Shown here: piece by piece, positions 36,401 to 45,047 of the stretch | Layout: every line of letters begins with the position of its first letter | How positions within the stretch are numbered: position 1 is the stretch's first letter | Assembly (NCBI GenBank): GCA_040219255.1 | Contig: JAVJSW010000014.1 | Span: forward strand, 1-59,279 | From: Sumerlaeia bacterium | GTDB lineage: Bacteria > Sumerlaeota > Sumerlaeia > SLMS01 > JAHLLQ01 | Direction: 5' to 3' | DNA length: 59,279 bases | Notes under the pieces: model-generated | What the model was told of the DNA's origin: nothing | Seen by the model: the letters and a program-made list of their open reading frames with translations, nothing else | Database searches by the model: none | Program-made: the position numbers and the translations under genes

Positions 36401-38302
36401 AACGAACTGCCCGCGCGCCTGCGCACCCGTGACGGCTTCCGCGATGGCTACGCCAAATCCAAAGCCGCCCTGAATCTTCTGGCCGCCGGCATGGACATTC
36501 ACGACTGGGGCGATGGATGGGGCGACGCCGCCGAAATCGAGGGCCAGATCGTCAGCACCGACATCCAGATCGAGTTCACCCTGCGCCGCTACAAGCAGCT
36601 CATCAATTGCGACCGCGGCAGCAACGCCTGGCTCGACTGCGATCCGGAAAAGGGCGGCGCCGGAGAGACTTTCGATCTGGAGGCCCTGCTGAGCGAGAAG
36701 CCGGAGTTGCGCCGCCGTCTCGCCCGTGTCGAAGCCCGGAAGCGCGAAGCGGCCCGCATCTCCGCCGCCATCGACTTCTTTCAGCAGCAGGTTGAGACCT
36801 TCGCCACTGGTATGGAATCGTTGCGCCTAGCTTGCGACATTTCGCTGCGAAACGACGCTCTCTTCGCTGAATTCGAGAAGGGCAACGTGCCGCTGGCGGA
36901 ACTGCGCGCCGCCGCCCAGTCCGAAGCCGACGCTCTCTCCGCCACCGCATTCAACTTGCAGACCGTGTTCCAGAACGCCGACGCGGTGAGCGACCAATAC
37001 CTGATCGCCTCGGAAGCCATCCACATGGTTCAGCAAGGACAGGCGCGGGCCGACCGCGTGGAGTCGCGCGCCGAGGCCTCCATCGATGTTGCCGCGTTCC
37101 TCGAACGGGGCGACGAAGGCGTTGTCGTCAGCCTGCCCGGTATCGAGGACGGCAATCGCGAGGGCGCCGTGGTTTCCACCCGCGGCGGCGGATTCGTCGG
37201 CTACCGCTTCGCCCGCGCCCAACGCCAGGGCGACACGGTGACCTTCTCGGCGGTGAACACCACGGCCCAGGCGCGCTCGCGGATGTCGCTCTTCACCGGT
37301 TCCACCCCTGTCAGTTTCCCCAGCCAGACCTACCAGTTCACCCCGAGCCAGACCGTCTCCTACGATGGTTTTGCCGATTTGGGCCGCATTCAACTGAGTC
37401 TGAACGGGCTCAATGACGATTTCGGCGTCGATCCGCCGGAGACGACCCTGGAAATCCCGGACGCCAGCCAGAAGGGCGATGGCGCCGCGGACCTTGTCCT
37501 GCCACCCGGAGCCCCCTTCTTCCTGCGGGCCCGCGCCGACGACAACACCGCCATCTTCACCACCCGCGCCCGCATCGATGGCGTGCCCACGGAAGCCATC
37601 GGCAGCGAAGACGATCCGCAAAGCCCCGACCCCTACACCTTTGGGGCCTATTTCCTGACGCCGGAGCTGGAGGGCGAAGGCGTTCAGACCTTCACCGTCC
37701 AGGCCGAGGCGATGGACTTGGCGGGCAACCGCTCCTTGTCCGCTGAAGGCACCGTGGCGGTGGATGAAGACGCCCCCCTGCTCCTGGAAGTCTCCCCTCG
37801 CCAGGCCTTCACCTCGACCGACGGCCCGGCCCTCAACTATAGCGCGACCCTTCGCGAGACGGGCGAGCCGCTCGCCGACCCGATCTGGTTCGTGGAAGGC
37901 ACTCTCGGCGGCAACGCCCGCGTTGGCTTCATCGACGAGGAAGGGCGATACACGCCGCCGCGAAGCACCCACCGCACGGTGCAAGCCTTTGAAATCCAGG
38001 TCCTCAGCGAAGCCGATCCGACCCTGATCGGGCTTGCCACGGTGGGCATCGCCGAACCCTTCGGCGTTTTCGACAGCCTGGTCGTCAACAACCGGGCGTC
38101 CGATTCGATCTACAAAGGCTACGTCGTCAGCCCGATGGCCACCGTGCTCAATCTGGGAGTCGAGTTGTTCGACCGCGCCACGGTGCTGAACCTCCAGCCG
38201 CGCCGGCTCGACCGCGCCACCGTTGTCAATCCCTATGAAGCCCCCGCGCTCTCGGGTCACGGTGTCTCGCCGCCCGTCACCGTGGAGTCCCCCGAACCAT
38301 GA
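33425..38302 (+). CDS. Large secreted multidomain surface protein (dockerin-like pair, Ig-like domains, CBM-like domain, Pro/Thr linker, helical domain)
   Basis: Signal peptide, VNGDAVADAADV / DLNEDGLADARDV, LLEGLNVF/LAKGLNDV, IDDFDDG...IDNVRL, long P/T tract; 1625 aa. Confidence 0.85.
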   Translation: MNLPKIDLSRIRSLSRAACAGGAAVGVVLALASPAAAGEKLAAVNGDAVADAADVIRAAGEIGQSGGIAPSARQIPLDLNEDGLADARDVASGSEILAGILDPPVAFQITAPPPELTLTADERLLIEGTVDGPAEILIGSLSLGERDGAFAYPVTLLEGLNVFTVQALAPGAEGFAGPAKDISIILDKTPPGLVLTAPAHRQAFSRLTATVSGNVSDNNGALPGLGARVFDGEKGTTLPAPGLSVRITALTYPAGDVVEERTITPDVFGDFSTGITLAKGLNDVRVTAIDAVGLENTATVRVRTFLSDPVSAESAGGARIELPEGAFPKEEMAVRVFDITTAEIEQAIGFELESLPPGGGLDDFAEGLIVLPNAMMVEVENGPPRGAPQFQEVPALSIPNVTQADNSMPLWIFQVQPDRDGDGQPELTLVSRAEASEDGSVIRPIVGGTGAVDAILPGAFAAGNDRFGEPDLFQVENAKAVRDLKDRLRGRAPKAMRGANVAVATFSSAAGESRQAIATPVPEAVRLSAPHWGPLAKAPARFATKGQDVTTIVIDDFDDGDLLNELDPPGLVSLIETGSSIPDSDDPIAAEGIDTNDLPGQGSGGTGGLRMRGTFGPANPSGEALISLSLLGYGAAFQLGGFQGLELVLDMRSLTPGVSYEVRLEDGSGGGRFVPVTIGPDYSAVVVPVDEMGPELDLGDLRRIVIRATGGAGTRVDLSIDNVRLRGEELAAPPAPTPPPTITPTASITATPSSTATATPTEPAPTQTPPPTMTATPPPPTPPPTPGPTDPPPPPEFTPPPTAPPTVPPTPTPDPQLETQVTFYCCAASAIIPFAGEVKCEDDDNVLQQRLRECIAIERQKLQDLLEQSRLLKEALNEANGRMTRGYQNALGVVEFDNGNFIPVPFFGSIFRAITYKPGAPKGVSGSQAQEAIRQAALLKTGLLATDNVRRTAGDLRAIAGSGSADQIAGARLGVTGRSLRDIANYYTAVPNNELPARLRTRDGFRDGYAKSKAALNLLAAGMDIHDWGDGWGDAAEIEGQIVSTDIQIEFTLRRYKQLINCDRGSNAWLDCDPEKGGAGETFDLEALLSEKPELRRRLARVEARKREAARISAAIDFFQQQVETFATGMESLRLACDISLRNDALFAEFEKGNVPLAELRAAAQSEADALSATAFNLQTVFQNADAVSDQYLIASEAIHMVQQGQARADRVESRAEASIDVAAFLERGDEGVVVSLPGIEDGNREGAVVSTRGGGFVGYRFARAQRQGDTVTFSAVNTTAQARSRMSLFTGSTPVSFPSQTYQFTPSQTVSYDGFADLGRIQLSLNGLNDDFGVDPPETTLEIPDASQKGDGAADLVLPPGAPFFLRARADDNTAIFTTRARIDGVPTEAIGSEDDPQSPDPYTFGAYFLTPELEGEGVQTFTVQAEAMDLAGNRSLSAEGTVAVDEDAPLLLEVSPRQAFTSTDGPALNYSATLRETGEPLADPIWFVEGTLGGNARVGFIDEEGRYTPPRSTHRTVQAFEIQVLSEADPTLIGLATVGIAEPFGVFDSLVVNNRASDSIYKGYVVSPMATVLNLGVELFDRATVLNLQPRRLDRATVVNPYEAPALSGHGVSPPVTVESPEP

Positions 38303-38352
38303 ATTACCAAAGCTTAGCCTCTCTCGTACACCTTTCCAGGAGTCTCCGACCC

Positions 38353-39732
38353 ATGACCCGACGCCATCGCCCGTCCTCCTTATTTTCCCTCGCGGTCCTC
38401 GCTTTCGCTCTGCCGCTCTCCGCCCAGAACGAAGGTGTCTTCGTCAGCGGCTCCACCGGAGACGATGGCGCCTTCGCCCCCGATGCCGACATCGAAATCC
38501 TCGTGAACCAGCCGGTCTATCACTTCACAACCATCACCATTCCGGAAGACGTTACCGTCACCTTTGCGAAAGACGGCAACAATTACCCGGTGGTGTGGCT
38601 GGCGACACAGGATGTGTCGATCGCGGGGACGGTGGATGTGAGCGGCTCGAGCGTAGTCGATTCCAGCGGCGCTGTCGGCGGGCCTGGTGGCTACGACGGC
38701 GGCGACGGCGGTTTGGTCTCCACCAACAACCCCGATCTCACGCAGCACGCCCAGCCCGGGCAGGGCCCCGGCGGCGCGCTGGACGTCGACGCCGATGGGC
38801 GTCATGGCTCTGGCGGGGGCTTTTCGACACTGGGAGGCACCGGCACCACCGCCCGTGGCGGACAGGTTTACGGCAACGCCTTCGCGGTGCCGCTACTGGG
38901 CGGTTCCGGAGGCGCCGGCGGGGGATGGAGTTCATCCGGAGCGGGCGGCGGGGGAGGCGGCGGCGGCGGTGCGCTGCACATCGCCTCCTCGACCCGGATC
39001 ACGGTCACGGGCACTCTTCTCGCCAACGGTGGTAACGGATTTCGATTCAATGGCTCCTCACTGAGCGGCGGCGGCGGCAGTGGCGGAACGATCAAGCTTC
39101 AGGCCAACACATTGACCGTCAGCGAGAACGCCACCCTTTCCGCGCGAGGAGGCGCGCCAGAGGCCGCCAACGGCTTTGGCGCCCCCGGCCGCATCCGACT
39201 GGAAGCCTTCAACCGCGACATTGCACCGCCCACCGACGCCATGGCCGTGCGCTTCCCCGCGTCCAGCTCCGGCCCGCCCATCGCCATCCAACTCCCCGAC
39301 GACTACCCCGGCCTGCGCATCGTTTCCGTCGACGGCCAGCAGATCGTAAACCCCAGCGGCCAGCCGACCCAGCCTGACCTGATGCTGATGACCGCCGGCG
39401 AGGTCACGATCGAACTCGCCGCGTCCAATATCCCCACCGGCATCCAGCCCCGCGTGCTCCTGATCCCGGTGGACGCCCCCACGGTCGTGGTGGATGCCAC
39501 GCCGCTGGAGGGCACGCTCGAATCCTCCACCGCCAGCGCCACCGTCATCTTCCCCCCCGGCGTCACCCAGATCGTCGCCTCCACCTCGTTTGCACCCGCC
39601 GGCAAGAAGGTTGCCCCCAACGGCGAAGAAATCACCGAAGTGGCCGTCGAAACCGACGCCAGCGGCCAGACCCGCACCACCTGGGTGACGGAATCGGGAG
39701 CCCGCCTGACACCCGGCTCTTCGACGCGATAG
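38353..39732 (+). CDS. Secreted glycine-rich protein
   Basis: Signal peptide, SGSTGDDGAF, YHFTTITIP, LLGGSGGAGG, GGGSGGTIKL; co-oriented with the giant protein; AGGAG RBS. Confidence 0.85.
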   Translation: MTRRHRPSSLFSLAVLAFALPLSAQNEGVFVSGSTGDDGAFAPDADIEILVNQPVYHFTTITIPEDVTVTFAKDGNNYPVVWLATQDVSIAGTVDVSGSSVVDSSGAVGGPGGYDGGDGGLVSTNNPDLTQHAQPGQGPGGALDVDADGRHGSGGGFSTLGGTGTTARGGQVYGNAFAVPLLGGSGGAGGGWSSSGAGGGGGGGGGALHIASSTRITVTGTLLANGGNGFRFNGSSLSGGGGSGGTIKLQANTLTVSENATLSARGGAPEAANGFGAPGRIRLEAFNRDIAPPTDAMAVRFPASSSGPPIAIQLPDDYPGLRIVSVDGQQIVNPSGQPTQPDLMLMTAGEVTIELAASNIPTGIQPRVLLIPVDAPTVVVDATPLEGTLESSTASATVIFPPGVTQIVASTSFAPAGKKVAPNGEEITEVAVETDASGQTRTTWVTESGARLTPGSSTR

Positions 39733-39820
39733 CGCGCTGGGCGAGGCGGCGAGCCGCGCCAGGTCCAGCTATTCCTGGTTGTAATCGGCGCTCTCGGGCA
39801 GGGCAACGACCCCCGAGAGG

Positions 39821-39985
39821 ACGGGCTGCACGCTGAGCGCGGCGTTGGCCTGCGCGCTGGGGCGCGGGGCGCCGCTGGCGGAAGCTGTGGAGCAGGCGAA
39901 AGCCTACCTGCTCAACGCCATGCGCGCCGCCTACGCGGTCGGGCACGGCATCGGGCCGGTGAATCGTGGGCGTGGGAGGGGGAGG
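39821..39985 (+). pseudogene. thiD: Duplicated 3' fragment of thiD
   Basis: Matches the reverse complement of ~10148-10316 with 5 substitutions and a 4-bp deletion; has GAG where the main copy has TAG. Confidence 0.9.
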
Positions 39986-40027
39986 AGGGCCAGAAATAGG
40001 CCGAAGCCTTTTCTCTGGCCCCAAGCC

Positions 40028-42730
40028 TTACTCGAACAACATCCAGCCATCCAGACTGCTCGGCGTGCCGAAGAAGTTCATGGCGGCGGTCATGACATCG
40101 TCGCGGTCGATTTGATCGACGATGGTTTCGAAGGGGAAGCCGAGGAACACGACTTTGCCGCCGCCGTTGGAGCCATCGTAGGTGACGGCCGCGTTACCGC
40201 CGGAACCGCCGCTGTAGGTCATGGCGGCGATGGCTCCGGTGCCGGTGGGCGTCAGCATGTCGGGGAAATTGACGTCGTAAGTGCCGTTCGTGCCGTTGTC
40301 GAAGGTCAGCGAGGCGACGCCGCTGAAGATCGAACCGCCGGCGCCCGCCGCGGTGTAGGTGGCGGCGTCATCTCCCGCATAGGCGGCGAAGAGCACATTG
40401 TTCATAAAGGCGCGGTCGGCGGTCGAGGGGCCGGAAGGACGGTCGAGGTCCCAGGCGATCTCCGAGCCGCTGACGAAGAGATGCCCGCCGCCGGTCTGGA
40501 AGGCTTCCACCAAGGGTTGCTCGGCGTCACTGAAGGCTTCGTCGATGGTGGATTCTTCGCCGAGGACATAAACAGCGGCGAAGTAGCTGGCGAGGTCGAT
40601 GGTGCCGTCCTCGATCATTTCATTGGCGACGGTATCGACGCTGCGGCCGCTGGGGATGCTGGCGGCGGTGATGGCGGCGAAATCGTGACTCTCGTTATCG
40701 GCGTTGTCGCTGTAAGTGTTCCAGCGATCGAAGCCATCGACCACCAGGATTTGCGCCGGGCTGGAGCCGACGACGGCCTGGAAGACGTCGGAGGTCTTGG
40801 TTTCGCCGCCGGGGCCTTCGGCGGTGACGCGGTAGTTGCGGCGCTGGCCCGCGGCGAGGCTCGATTCCTCGAAATAAAGAGGGATGAAGCGCACGGCGGC
40901 CGGGTTCATGCGGTCGTCGGCGCCGGTGGTGACCTGCAAAGCGTTCGCGAAGGCGACGCTGTGGCCCTGGCCGGGCACGAAATCGAAGGTGCCGACGCCG
41001 CGCCAGCGATCACCGGCGGTCTGCTCGGACAGCTCGAAGACACTGGAGCGGATGCCGTCGGCATCGTTGAAGGTCACTGTGGTGCCGGGGGCGTTGGCGC
41101 TGGCGAAATCGAAGCAGGTGACATCGACCCGGTAGCGGCCTTGGGCCAGCCCGGACGGCGCGAAGGTCGCCGTGCCGTTGCCCGTGGTGGGGCGGATGAA
41201 GCGCGAGCCGACGGCGCCGGAGAGGCCCGGGGCGGTGCTGTGGGCCGAGCTGTTCTCGAACCCGCCGGTGTCGCTGTAGTCGGCGTTGTTGAGGCCACCG
41301 GCGCCGGACTCGATGATGTAGGCGGGGGCCACGGAGGCGGCGGGGGCAAGGGGTTGGCCCTGATCCGCGGCGTACACTTCGTAGCCGTCGGTGACGACGG
41401 CGGGGTTGCTCCACTCGACGCGGACGGTGCCGCCGCCCTGGTTCAGAACGGCCAGGGTGTTGGGCGAGAAGGGCGGGTAGTCCTCGCCCAGGACGCGCAC
41501 CACATCGTCGATGGCGTCGCGGGTGGTGGTGACGGCGATCGGTTCGCCGCCCGTGTCGGCGCCCGGAGTGTTGGCGTAAATCGAGAAGAGGTAGCGATCT
41601 CCATCCAGCGGATGATCGATGTAGCCAGAGAGCGAGACGACGCCGGAGTTGGGCAGTGTGCCTGTCTTGGCGTGGACATCGCCCGCAAGGGTGCCGCCGA
41701 GGCGGCTGCCAAGGGTTCCATCGACGGCGCTGATGGGCAGCGTGTCGTCGTAAGTCGGATGGTTGGCCAGCATGTAGCGGATGGTGTCCACCGTCTGGCG
41801 GGCCGAGAAGAAGTTGTCGCGCGAGAGGCCACTTCCATCGGCCTGAGCGGCGCCGGTGTTATCGACCCCGGCGGTGTTCTGGAGCCAATCGAGGACGGCG
41901 GTTTCGCCGGCGGCGAAGCTGCTGGTGCCGGAATCGACATAGCCGAGGTGCATCAGGAAGAGGTCGGCCATCACGTTGTGGCTGACCTTATTGAGAATGC
42001 GCGCGCAGCCGAACAGGTCGAGGTCGTCGCCGTAGCCGTTCTGCAGGGCGTCGCTCTGATAGGTGACCAGAAGCGTCGATCCGCCGGGAATCGTAAAGGT
42101 GTCGAAACCGGCGGAGTTGATGACCGAGCCGAAGCTGACGCCGTTGTCGATGAGTGCCGAGCGGAACGCCACGGCGGCTTCGCGATTGAGTTCGTCCTGG
42201 GCGGTGAACTGGTGACCTTCGCTGGTCGAGCCATAGTTGTAAATCATGGCGCCGTAGCCTTCGACGCGGCCGTTGATGGTATCGACACCGGCGGACTTGA
42301 CCAGGGCGGCGATGGCCTGGAGGGCGGCGTCGGCGTTGCCGCTGCCGAAGACCGAGGTGTTCCAGGACGGGTCGTGTTCGCTGATCAGAACGATGTCGCC
42401 ATTGAGCGTACCAGCCGACAGGGTGCCATCGTAGTAGACGCGCGTTTCGAAGGTGTAGGTCTCGCCCAGGATGCCGAAGGCGGCTGCCGTGGTGAAAATC
42501 TTCGTGTTGGACGCCGGAATGTGGGGGACATCGGCGTTGCGGTCGTAGTAGATGGTCGAACCATCTTCATCCTCGAAGAGAATGGTCCACTCGTAATCGA
42601 GGATGGTGGCTTCATCGAGGAGGTCGTCGATTTCCTCCGGGATGGTTTGGCCGGGCAGAGTCGCAGCCAGGCAGAGAGCCGAGGCTAACCCCAATGGGAT
42701 GAGGTCTCGGCCAAATGGGAAGAACGGCAT
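40028..42730 (-). CDS. dacB: D-Ala-D-Ala carboxypeptidase/endopeptidase (PBP4, peptidase S13) with extra C-terminal domains, ending SSLDGWMLFE
   Basis: Signal peptide, PASNTK (SxxK), SHN, DGSGLSR, AKTGTL; then FN3-like and further domains. Confidence 0.9.
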   Translation of the reverse strand: MPFFPFGRDLIPLGLASALCLAATLPGQTIPEEIDDLLDEATILDYEWTILFEDEDGSTIYYDRNADVPHIPASNTKIFTTAAAFGILGETYTFETRVYYDGTLSAGTLNGDIVLISEHDPSWNTSVFGSGNADAALQAIAALVKSAGVDTINGRVEGYGAMIYNYGSTSEGHQFTAQDELNREAAVAFRSALIDNGVSFGSVINSAGFDTFTIPGGSTLLVTYQSDALQNGYGDDLDLFGCARILNKVSHNVMADLFLMHLGYVDSGTSSFAAGETAVLDWLQNTAGVDNTGAAQADGSGLSRDNFFSARQTVDTIRYMLANHPTYDDTLPISAVDGTLGSRLGGTLAGDVHAKTGTLPNSGVVSLSGYIDHPLDGDRYLFSIYANTPGADTGGEPIAVTTTRDAIDDVVRVLGEDYPPFSPNTLAVLNQGGGTVRVEWSNPAVVTDGYEVYAADQGQPLAPAASVAPAYIIESGAGGLNNADYSDTGGFENSSAHSTAPGLSGAVGSRFIRPTTGNGTATFAPSGLAQGRYRVDVTCFDFASANAPGTTVTFNDADGIRSSVFELSEQTAGDRWRGVGTFDFVPGQGHSVAFANALQVTTGADDRMNPAAVRFIPLYFEESSLAAGQRRNYRVTAEGPGGETKTSDVFQAVVGSSPAQILVVDGFDRWNTYSDNADNESHDFAAITAASIPSGRSVDTVANEMIEDGTIDLASYFAAVYVLGEESTIDEAFSDAEQPLVEAFQTGGGHLFVSGSEIAWDLDRPSGPSTADRAFMNNVLFAAYAGDDAATYTAAGAGGSIFSGVASLTFDNGTNGTYDVNFPDMLTPTGTGAIAAMTYSGGSGGNAAVTYDGSNGGGKVVFLGFPFETIVDQIDRDDVMTAAMNFFGTPSSLDGWMLFE

Positions 42731-42829
42731 GAGTCGTCTCCTTGAGCGTCAGATTGAAAAATGTCATAGTAAAGAAACTATTTGCGGGCAAGCGGAGAGT
42801 GCCGGGGGTTGGGGAGGTCGGAGAGCCCT

Positions 42830-43133
42830 CACCACAGAGTGCACAGAGATCAGAGGCTTCACAGAGAAGCAGTAAAATGTCCTGGTAGCTGAAACTCCAG
42901 GATTCATAATTTCAATTATCTGCAATCTATTTGCACAACCATTGTCAGGAAGTTTCACTCATACACAAAGAAAGGATCCGGGTAGTTCTGATGATTTTTG
43001 CAATCTTTTCAATTTCTGAAGAAAATGGTGCCAACACTCTCGAGTCACCCCGGCAAAAGGTTGCGTTTAGTTTTTGATTCACTTAAGCTCCCCTGCGGCA
43101 AACCTCTCCGTGTCCTCTGTGGCTCTGTGGTGA
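42830..43133. repeat. ~304-bp intergenic element bounded by CACAGAG / CTCTGTG periodic inverted repeats (copy 2)
   Basis: Left caccacagagtgcacagagatcagaggcttcacagaga, right tctccgtgtcctctgtggctctgtggtga; near-identical length to copy 1. Confidence 0.75.
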
Positions 43134-43262
43134 ATTTTGTGAAGGAGTGGGGCCTGTGACATCCCCCACCTTACGCCTTGTTTTTCGAGGCGGGGTGGGC
43201 GTATAGACTGGGGAAACTGGCGCCCGCGCCGCCGCGGGGTCAGGGGGAGTGTTTCCGAGATC

Positions 43263-45023
43263 ATGGCCGTTTCCACCGATGCACCGACGCCGTTGCGCGA
43301 TCGTTATCCTTTGCTCGATTATTTGGCGCTCTATCGCCCCTATCGCGGGCGGGTGGCTTTGGCTGTGTCCATCGCCTGTCTCAAGCACGCGCCAGTGCTG
43401 CTGCTGCCGATGTACACCGCTTATATCTTCGACGTGGCGATTCCGATCGGGTCGGTGGAGGACGTGCTGCTGTGCGCGGTGGGCATGGTGGCGATGCTGG
43501 TGGCGAACGTGTGCCTGCATCCGATTTTCATCCGCCTGTGGAGCCACGCCCGCCGCGAAGTCGCCCTGGACCTGCGGGCCCGGGTTTGTAACCGAATCCA
43601 GCAACTCGTCTTCAGCTACTACGACACGGCGAGCAGCGGCCGCCTGCACAGCAAAGTCATGCAGGACGTGGAAAAGCTGGAGAACCTGGGCCGCGTGCTG
43701 ATCGATCCGCTGCTGCTGATGGGGCTGACGGCGCTGGCGGCGCTGAGCATCGTGGCGTTTATCGAGCCGATTTTCTGTGTCGTGCTGGTGCTGGCGCTGC
43801 CGATTTGCCTCTTGCAGCGGCGGCTGATGTCGCGGCGGGTCGAGGAGCGGTTTCAAACCCTGCGCGTGGAGCAGGAAAAGCTGAACGCGGAAGTGACGGA
43901 AATGATCGGCATGGTGCCGCTGGCCCGCGCCCACGCCACGGAGGCCGAGGACCTGCGGCGCGTCGATTCGCGCCTCGGCGCCGTGCGCGACCAGGGCCTG
44001 CGCGCCGACTGGTTCCAGCACCTCTTTCAAAGCCAGGTCTGGTTTACCATGCAGAACGTCAGCGTGGTGGTCATCGTGCTGGGTTCGCTGCTGGTGATCT
44101 GGGGGCGGATGAGCCTGGGCGAGGTCGTCATGTTCATGTCACTGGTGATGATGAGCCTCGGCGGGATCAACGCGCTGTTCAGCCAGATGGAAGTTTTCTA
44201 CGGCGCCAGCGAAGCGATGCGCTCCATCAACGAGGTGCTGAACAATCCGCAAGTCGAGCAAAACGAGGGCAAACCGGCGCTGCCGCCGTTGCGCGGCGAG
44301 ATCGCCTTCGACGCCGTGACCTTCGCCTACCCGGGCACCGCCGAACCCGTCTTGCGTAGTGCCTCGCTGACCGTCGAGGCGTGCCAGACAGTGGCCCTGG
44401 TGGGACCCAGCGGCGCGGGCAAGTCCACCTTTATCAAGCTGCTCCTCGGGCTCTACCAACCGCAGAAGGGCGCGGTGCGGATCGACGGCTACGACCTGCG
44501 CGAGGCGGACCTGCGGACCCTGCGGCGCCAGGTCGGCGTCGTGACCCAGGAGACCTTCCTCTTCAACGGCACCATCGGCGACAACCTGTGCCATGGTCTG
44601 GGCGATGTGCCCCGCGACCGCATCGAGTGGGCGGCGGAGCAGGCCAACGCGCACGACTTCATTTCGGCGTTGGAGAAGGGTTACGACACGGAAATCGGCG
44701 ACCGCGGGGTGCGGCTCTCCGGCGGCCAGAAGCAGCGCCTCTCCATCGCCCGGGCGCTGCTGCGCAACCCGCGGCTGCTGTTGCTCGACGAAGCCACCAG
44801 CGCCCTCGACAGCGAAAGCGAGCGCCTTGTACAGGAAGCGCTGGAGCGGCTGATGGACGGCCGGACCACCTTCCTGATCGCCCACCGCCTCTCCACCGTG
44901 CGCCACGCCGACCGCATCCTGGTCTTCGATCAGGGCCGCATCGTCGAAGACGGCCCGCACGAAGAGTTGCTGGCCCGCAAAGGCGTATACGCGCGTCTGG
45001 TGGAGTTGCAGACGGTGGCGTAG
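43263..45023 (+). CDS. ABC exporter, fused permease/ATP-binding protein
   Basis: N-terminal TMD, GPSGAGKST, LSGGQKQR, LLDEATSALD, IAHRLST. Confidence 0.96.
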   Translation: MAVSTDAPTPLRDRYPLLDYLALYRPYRGRVALAVSIACLKHAPVLLLPMYTAYIFDVAIPIGSVEDVLLCAVGMVAMLVANVCLHPIFIRLWSHARREVALDLRARVCNRIQQLVFSYYDTASSGRLHSKVMQDVEKLENLGRVLIDPLLLMGLTALAALSIVAFIEPIFCVVLVLALPICLLQRRLMSRRVEERFQTLRVEQEKLNAEVTEMIGMVPLARAHATEAEDLRRVDSRLGAVRDQGLRADWFQHLFQSQVWFTMQNVSVVVIVLGSLLVIWGRMSLGEVVMFMSLVMMSLGGINALFSQMEVFYGASEAMRSINEVLNNPQVEQNEGKPALPPLRGEIAFDAVTFAYPGTAEPVLRSASLTVEACQTVALVGPSGAGKSTFIKLLLGLYQPQKGAVRIDGYDLREADLRTLRRQVGVVTQETFLFNGTIGDNLCHGLGDVPRDRIEWAAEQANAHDFISALEKGYDTEIGDRGVRLSGGQKQRLSIARALLRNPRLLLLDEATSALDSESERLVQEALERLMDGRTTFLIAHRLSTVRHADRILVFDQGRIVEDGPHEELLARKGVYARLVELQTVA

Positions 45024-45047
45024 AGGAGGCGGGTTGCGGGGCTGGCC

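Noticed and set aside
39845-42688. 947-aa + ORF beginning with ThiD-like sequence
   Set aside because: The thiD fragment runs by frameshift into the antisense shadow of dacB; it is not a real fusion.
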